A stretch of DNA of 64,000 bases from an uncultured delta proteobacterium (GTDB taxonomy: Bacteria; Desulfobacterota; Binatia; UBA9968), in assembly GCA_963727625.1 (NCBI GenBank), contig CAVSHR010000002.1:704001-768000 (forward strand), read 5' to 3'. Below, piece after piece: positions 60,500 through 64,000 of this stretch (the first letter of the stretch is position 1; every line of letters begins with the position of its first letter). The notes under the pieces are model-generated. The model saw only the letters and a program-made list of their open reading frames with translations, had not been told where the DNA came from and searched no databases. Both the position numbers and the translations under genes were made by a program.

Positions 60500-61546
60500 A
60501 TGGCCATGAAATCGCTTTCGCGAGCGATGCTGCTGGGCTTGGCGATCCTGACTTTGTCGCTGTCATCGACGGTTCGCGCCGATGATTTCTACGCCGGTAA
60601 AACGATCCGCTTCATCGTCGGCTTCGCCGCCGGCGGCGGATATGACGCCTACACGCGCAACGTCGCGCGTTACATCGGCCGCTACATACCGGGGCATCCT
60701 TCGACCGTGGTCGAGAATATGGACGGAGCGGGCAGTGTCATCGCGGTCAACTATACCTACAACAAGGCGTCGCGGGACGGCTTAACCGTCGGCATCTTCG
60801 ACTCGCACAATGTGTTCAACAATATGATGGGCGATCCCAGCATCCGTATCGACGGCCGCAAGTTCGGCTGGATCGGTACCCCGAGCAAAGACTCGGTCGC
60901 CTGCGCGATCATGGGATTCACGGGGCTCAAGTCGTGGGAGGACATCCTCAAGTCGAAAAAGCGGCTGCGCATGGGCGCCACCCGAGGCGGCAACACTGTG
61001 CAGTTGCCGGAGATGATGAACCGCTGGGGCGGCGCCCATTTTGAAATTATTCCGGGCTACGGCGGCACCTCGAAGATTCGCTTGGCGATGCGGTCGAAAG
61101 AAGTCGACGGCGGCTGCTGGACATGGGATTCCATGCGCTCGACCGCGCGCTCGATGATCGACGCCAAGGGCGACGACCAACTGATCCCGTTTATTATCGG
61201 CGACCGCTGGGAGGATCCGGAAGTCAAAAATATTCAGCTCTTTCGCGACATCATCAAGGACCCGGGCAACTTGACGGCGTTCAACGTCTGGAACTCGGCT
61301 AATGATTTCGCCCGGCCCTTCGCGCTGCCCCCCGGAACAGCCAAGGAAGCTCTTAACATCCTTCGAAAAGCCTTCAAAGCAACTGTAGAAGACAAGAACT
61401 ATATCGCCGATTCTAAGAAATCTAAGCTGACGGTCGATTACATCTCAGGAGAACAGGTCGAAAACTTCGTGGAGCAAATTTATTCGGCTACTCCGGACGT
61501 GAAAAAGCGGCTGAGCTTCACGGTGAAAAAACGCAAAACCTCCTGA
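60500..61546 (+). CDS. TctC/Bug family substrate-binding protein (array copy 4)
   Basis: DFYAGKTI..VGFAAGGGYD..R, ENMDGAG, DGLT. Confidence 0.9.
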   Translation: MAMKSLSRAMLLGLAILTLSLSSTVRADDFYAGKTIRFIVGFAAGGGYDAYTRNVARYIGRYIPGHPSTVVENMDGAGSVIAVNYTYNKASRDGLTVGIFDSHNVFNNMMGDPSIRIDGRKFGWIGTPSKDSVACAIMGFTGLKSWEDILKSKKRLRMGATRGGNTVQLPEMMNRWGGAHFEIIPGYGGTSKIRLAMRSKEVDGGCWTWDSMRSTARSMIDAKGDDQLIPFIIGDRWEDPEVKNIQLFRDIIKDPGNLTAFNVWNSANDFARPFALPPGTAKEALNILRKAFKATVEDKNYIADSKKSKLTVDYISGEQVENFVEQIYSATPDVKKRLSFTVKKRKTS

Positions 61547-61557
61547 GGGGATAGATC

Positions 61558-63675
61558 ATGGAATATCTGCACGCATTTAGTCAGGGGCTCATCAACATCC
61601 TGCCTTATTTGACGCCGCATGGAACCGAAACTTTTCTCTACATGACGCTCGGGATGGCGATCGGTTTTTGTGTCGGCATTCTCCCCGGTCTGGGGGGCGC
61701 GACGACGTTGGCGCTGATGCTGCCATTTATTTACAACATGGACCCGACTACGGCATTTGCCTTCCTCTTGGGCTCCAACGCCGTCACCGCCACCACTGGG
61801 GATGTTACCTCGATTCTCTTCGGAGTCCCGGGTGAAGGCATATCCGCCGCGCTGGTTGTCGATGGCCATCCCATGGCGAAAAGCGGCCAAGCCGGCCGCG
61901 CACTGGGGGCGTCTCTGTCGAGCTCACTGATCGGAGCGATTTTTGGCGCGTTCGTGCTTGCGCTGGCGATTCCCATCGTCAGTCCCCTGGTTCTCTCGAT
62001 CGGTTCGGCGGAATTTTTCATGCTCGGCATCCTGGGCATCACTTTTATCGGCTCTCTTAGTGGCGAGAATGTCCCAAAGGGGTTGCTCGGCGGCGGTCTC
62101 GGTTTGGTATTGGCTATGGTAGGGCTGGACCCGATCGAAAGCGTGCCTCGATTCACTCTTACAGGCCTACTGGGCGAAGATAACTCGCTCTTTCTGTGGG
62201 ATGGCGTTTCACTGATAAGCGCGACTATCGGGCTTTTCGCCATTCCGGAAATCATCGACTTGGCAGTGCAGGGAACGAGCATCGCACGCGAGGGCGCTTC
62301 ATCCAAGGTTAGCGGAGTGCTGCAAGGGGTCAAGGACGTTTTCCATCACTGGAGGCTCGTACTTCGTTGCAGCACGATCGGCGCCTACATCGGTCTGATT
62401 CCCGGCATGGGCGGTGGACCGGCGCAGTGGCTCGCCTACGCTCACGCCGTGCAAAGTTCGCCGGACAAAGAACGCTTCGGCAAGGGCGACGTGCGCGGCA
62501 TCATTGGTCCAGGTTCCGCCAACAACTCCAAGGAAGGCGGCTCGTTGATTCCGACACTCGCCTTCGGTGTGCCGGGCAGCGTTTCCATGGCGATTCTATT
62601 GGGAGCCTTTATTATTCAGGGCATCGTGCCGGGCCCGGATTTATTGAACCCGGCAAAGCATCTTACCCTGACTTTCTCGTTTGTCTGGATCATCGTGGTC
62701 ACTAACATCATGACCGTGCTGATCTGCCTGATGATTATCAATCAGCTCGCCAAGGTCACCTTCGTCAAAGGGACTTATCTGATCCCGTTTCTGCTCTTTC
62801 TGGTTTACCTCGGCGGTTTTGCCGAGAAGAATAATCCTGCCGACATGCTGCTGGTGGTCATCTTTGGCGCGATCGGCTGGCTCATGATCAAATTTGATTG
62901 GTCGCGTCCGGCGCTCCTGCTCGGTTTGGTTCTGGGCGGAATCATGGAAAATAATTTCTTCATTGCCAGCCGCATCTACGGCTATAGCTGGCTCCGGCAC
63001 CCGGGTGTTTTAGTCATCATAGCCATAATTTTTGCCGGGCTTGCGTTCCCCTATTTGAAGGCATGGTTCCAGCGTTACCGCGCCGGCGACGGCGGATCCG
63101 GTGCTGAAACGAAAGCCGCCGTGTCCACCAGGACCGAAGCGCTATCCCGGGGTACTCGCATGGGCCAAAGCCTATTTGCGCTATTCATTCTCGGCATTTT
63201 TGCTTACGTCGTCTATCAGGCGAAATTTGGCTTCGGCGAGTTCGAGCCGCGCGCGGGGCTGTTTCCGTGGGTGGTCGGCTTGCCCTGCCTGCTGGTCGCG
63301 ATCTATGTATTTTTTAAGGATTCTTTGCAATCAACCCGTCAAGTTAAAGTGGTGGAATCGGCGCTTTACGTGGAACCGGAGATTGAGCCTATCATTGAAC
63401 GCCAAAGAACCATTGCCATCAGTTGTTGGATCGTCGGCTTTTTCCTGGCGATCTGGATATTGGGCTTTATCCCGGCGTCCGCCATAGCTACCTTTCTTTA
63501 TTTAAAATTTGGCGCGGGGGAAAAATGGCCCATCTCATTGGCGCTGGCTGTCGCGTGCTGGGCGTTCTTTTTCGGCCTGTTCGATTACACGCTGCAGTTG
63601 CCGTTTCCAAGCGGCATAGTTTTTGACTGGCTGCCCGTGGGTGTCGCGCATCTTCCACGTTCGATTTTCGGTTGA
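61558..63675 (+). CDS. tctA: fused tripartite tricarboxylate transporter TctA-TctB
   Basis: TctA motifs (GILPGL, LFGVPG, DGHPMAK, SANNS, TLAFGVPGS), hydrophilic linker, then C-terminal region aligning to TctB 44500..45015 (LFPW, RT..I.WI..F..IW..GF). Confidence 0.88.
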   Translation: MEYLHAFSQGLINILPYLTPHGTETFLYMTLGMAIGFCVGILPGLGGATTLALMLPFIYNMDPTTAFAFLLGSNAVTATTGDVTSILFGVPGEGISAALVVDGHPMAKSGQAGRALGASLSSSLIGAIFGAFVLALAIPIVSPLVLSIGSAEFFMLGILGITFIGSLSGENVPKGLLGGGLGLVLAMVGLDPIESVPRFTLTGLLGEDNSLFLWDGVSLISATIGLFAIPEIIDLAVQGTSIAREGASSKVSGVLQGVKDVFHHWRLVLRCSTIGAYIGLIPGMGGGPAQWLAYAHAVQSSPDKERFGKGDVRGIIGPGSANNSKEGGSLIPTLAFGVPGSVSMAILLGAFIIQGIVPGPDLLNPAKHLTLTFSFVWIIVVTNIMTVLICLMIINQLAKVTFVKGTYLIPFLLFLVYLGGFAEKNNPADMLLVVIFGAIGWLMIKFDWSRPALLLGLVLGGIMENNFFIASRIYGYSWLRHPGVLVIIAIIFAGLAFPYLKAWFQRYRAGDGGSGAETKAAVSTRTEALSRGTRMGQSLFALFILGIFAYVVYQAKFGFGEFEPRAGLFPWVVGLPCLLVAIYVFFKDSLQSTRQVKVVESALYVEPEIEPIIERQRTIAISCWIVGFFLAIWILGFIPASAIATFLYLKFGAGEKWPISLALAVACWAFFFGLFDYTLQLPFPSGIVFDWLPVGVAHLPRSIFG

Positions 63676-63801
63676 CGAACTGCGTTGTAAACCGGCCGCT
63701 TGCGTCGCCTGAATTCAGCTTGCTTTGTTCGCATAGGCACGAACGGAAATTCGCAGACTGGCTTTAGAAAAAAATCAGCGGACGCCGAAAGACGAGGAGT
63801 C

Positions 63802-64000
63802 ATGAGATTTGACCGGGTGTTTCTGCTGAGTGTCGTATTGCTGCTGGGAAGCCAACCGCTTCTCCGTGCGGCGCAACAACCGTTTTACCAGGGCAAGACG
63901 ATCAAAGTCGTCGTGGGATTTACCTCCGGCGGTTTTTACGATCGCTGGTCGCGTCTGCTGGCGCGCTTTGTGCCGAAGTATCTGCCCGGCCATCCGGAAA
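63802..64000 (+). CDS. TctC/Bug family substrate-binding protein, partial (runs off the window)
   Basis: RBS GAGGAG; MRFDRVFLL...PFYQGKTIKVVVGFTSGGFYDRWSRLLARFVPKYLPGHP; not in the ORF track. Confidence 0.88.
   Translation, partial: MRFDRVFLLSVVLLLGSQPLLRAAQQPFYQGKTIKVVVGFTSGGFYDRWSRLLARFVPKYLPGHPE

Noticed and set aside
1126-63993. Many long antisense or alternative-frame ORFs (e.g. 1538..2545, 16866..17711, 31003..31932, 39336..40274, 46697..47503)
   Set aside because: They overlap well-supported genes and lack motifs; expected in GC-rich DNA.

Overview
Bacterial chromosomal window, GC-rich and gene-dense. The mix of TTT/ABC solute-binding proteins, LLM oxidoreductases, amidohydrolases, cupins and class III CoA-transferases resembles Candidatus Binatia or related uncultured deltaproteobacteria (inference). 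1-14.4 kb is core metabolism: M24 peptidase (partial), three-gene acyl-CoA carboxylase, pyruvoyl arginine decarboxylase, tatBC, HDAC-like deacetylase, fabF/fabH, pncB, an orphan PaaA-like diiron protein and etfBA. 14.5-45 kb is catabolic and accessory: PqqC/CADD-like oxidase, cupins, pyk, Dpp-type ABC genes, an nhaR/cation antiporter locus, a Rieske oxygenase with three compensating frameshifts, a CoA-transferase pair and tctCAB. The best candidate for an undescribed system is 46-54.4 kb: two paralogous lipoproteins each with a degenerate plus an intact Zn-hydrolase-like repeat, two sigma54 activators sharing a 701-bp identical core (one pseudo-receiver, one without an input domain), two sigma54 promoters preceded by a shared TGT-N11-ACA-like motif, an uncharacterised FEPD-motif protein (paralog beside nhaR) and a stand-alone pseudo-receiver. 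55-64 kb is a binding-protein array with four tandem TctC genes and a TctA-TctB fusion. Many intergenic 7/8/9-mer periodic and REP-like repeats are present. No rRNA, tRNA, CRISPR or transposase was recognised. All calls are by eye; no database searches were run.
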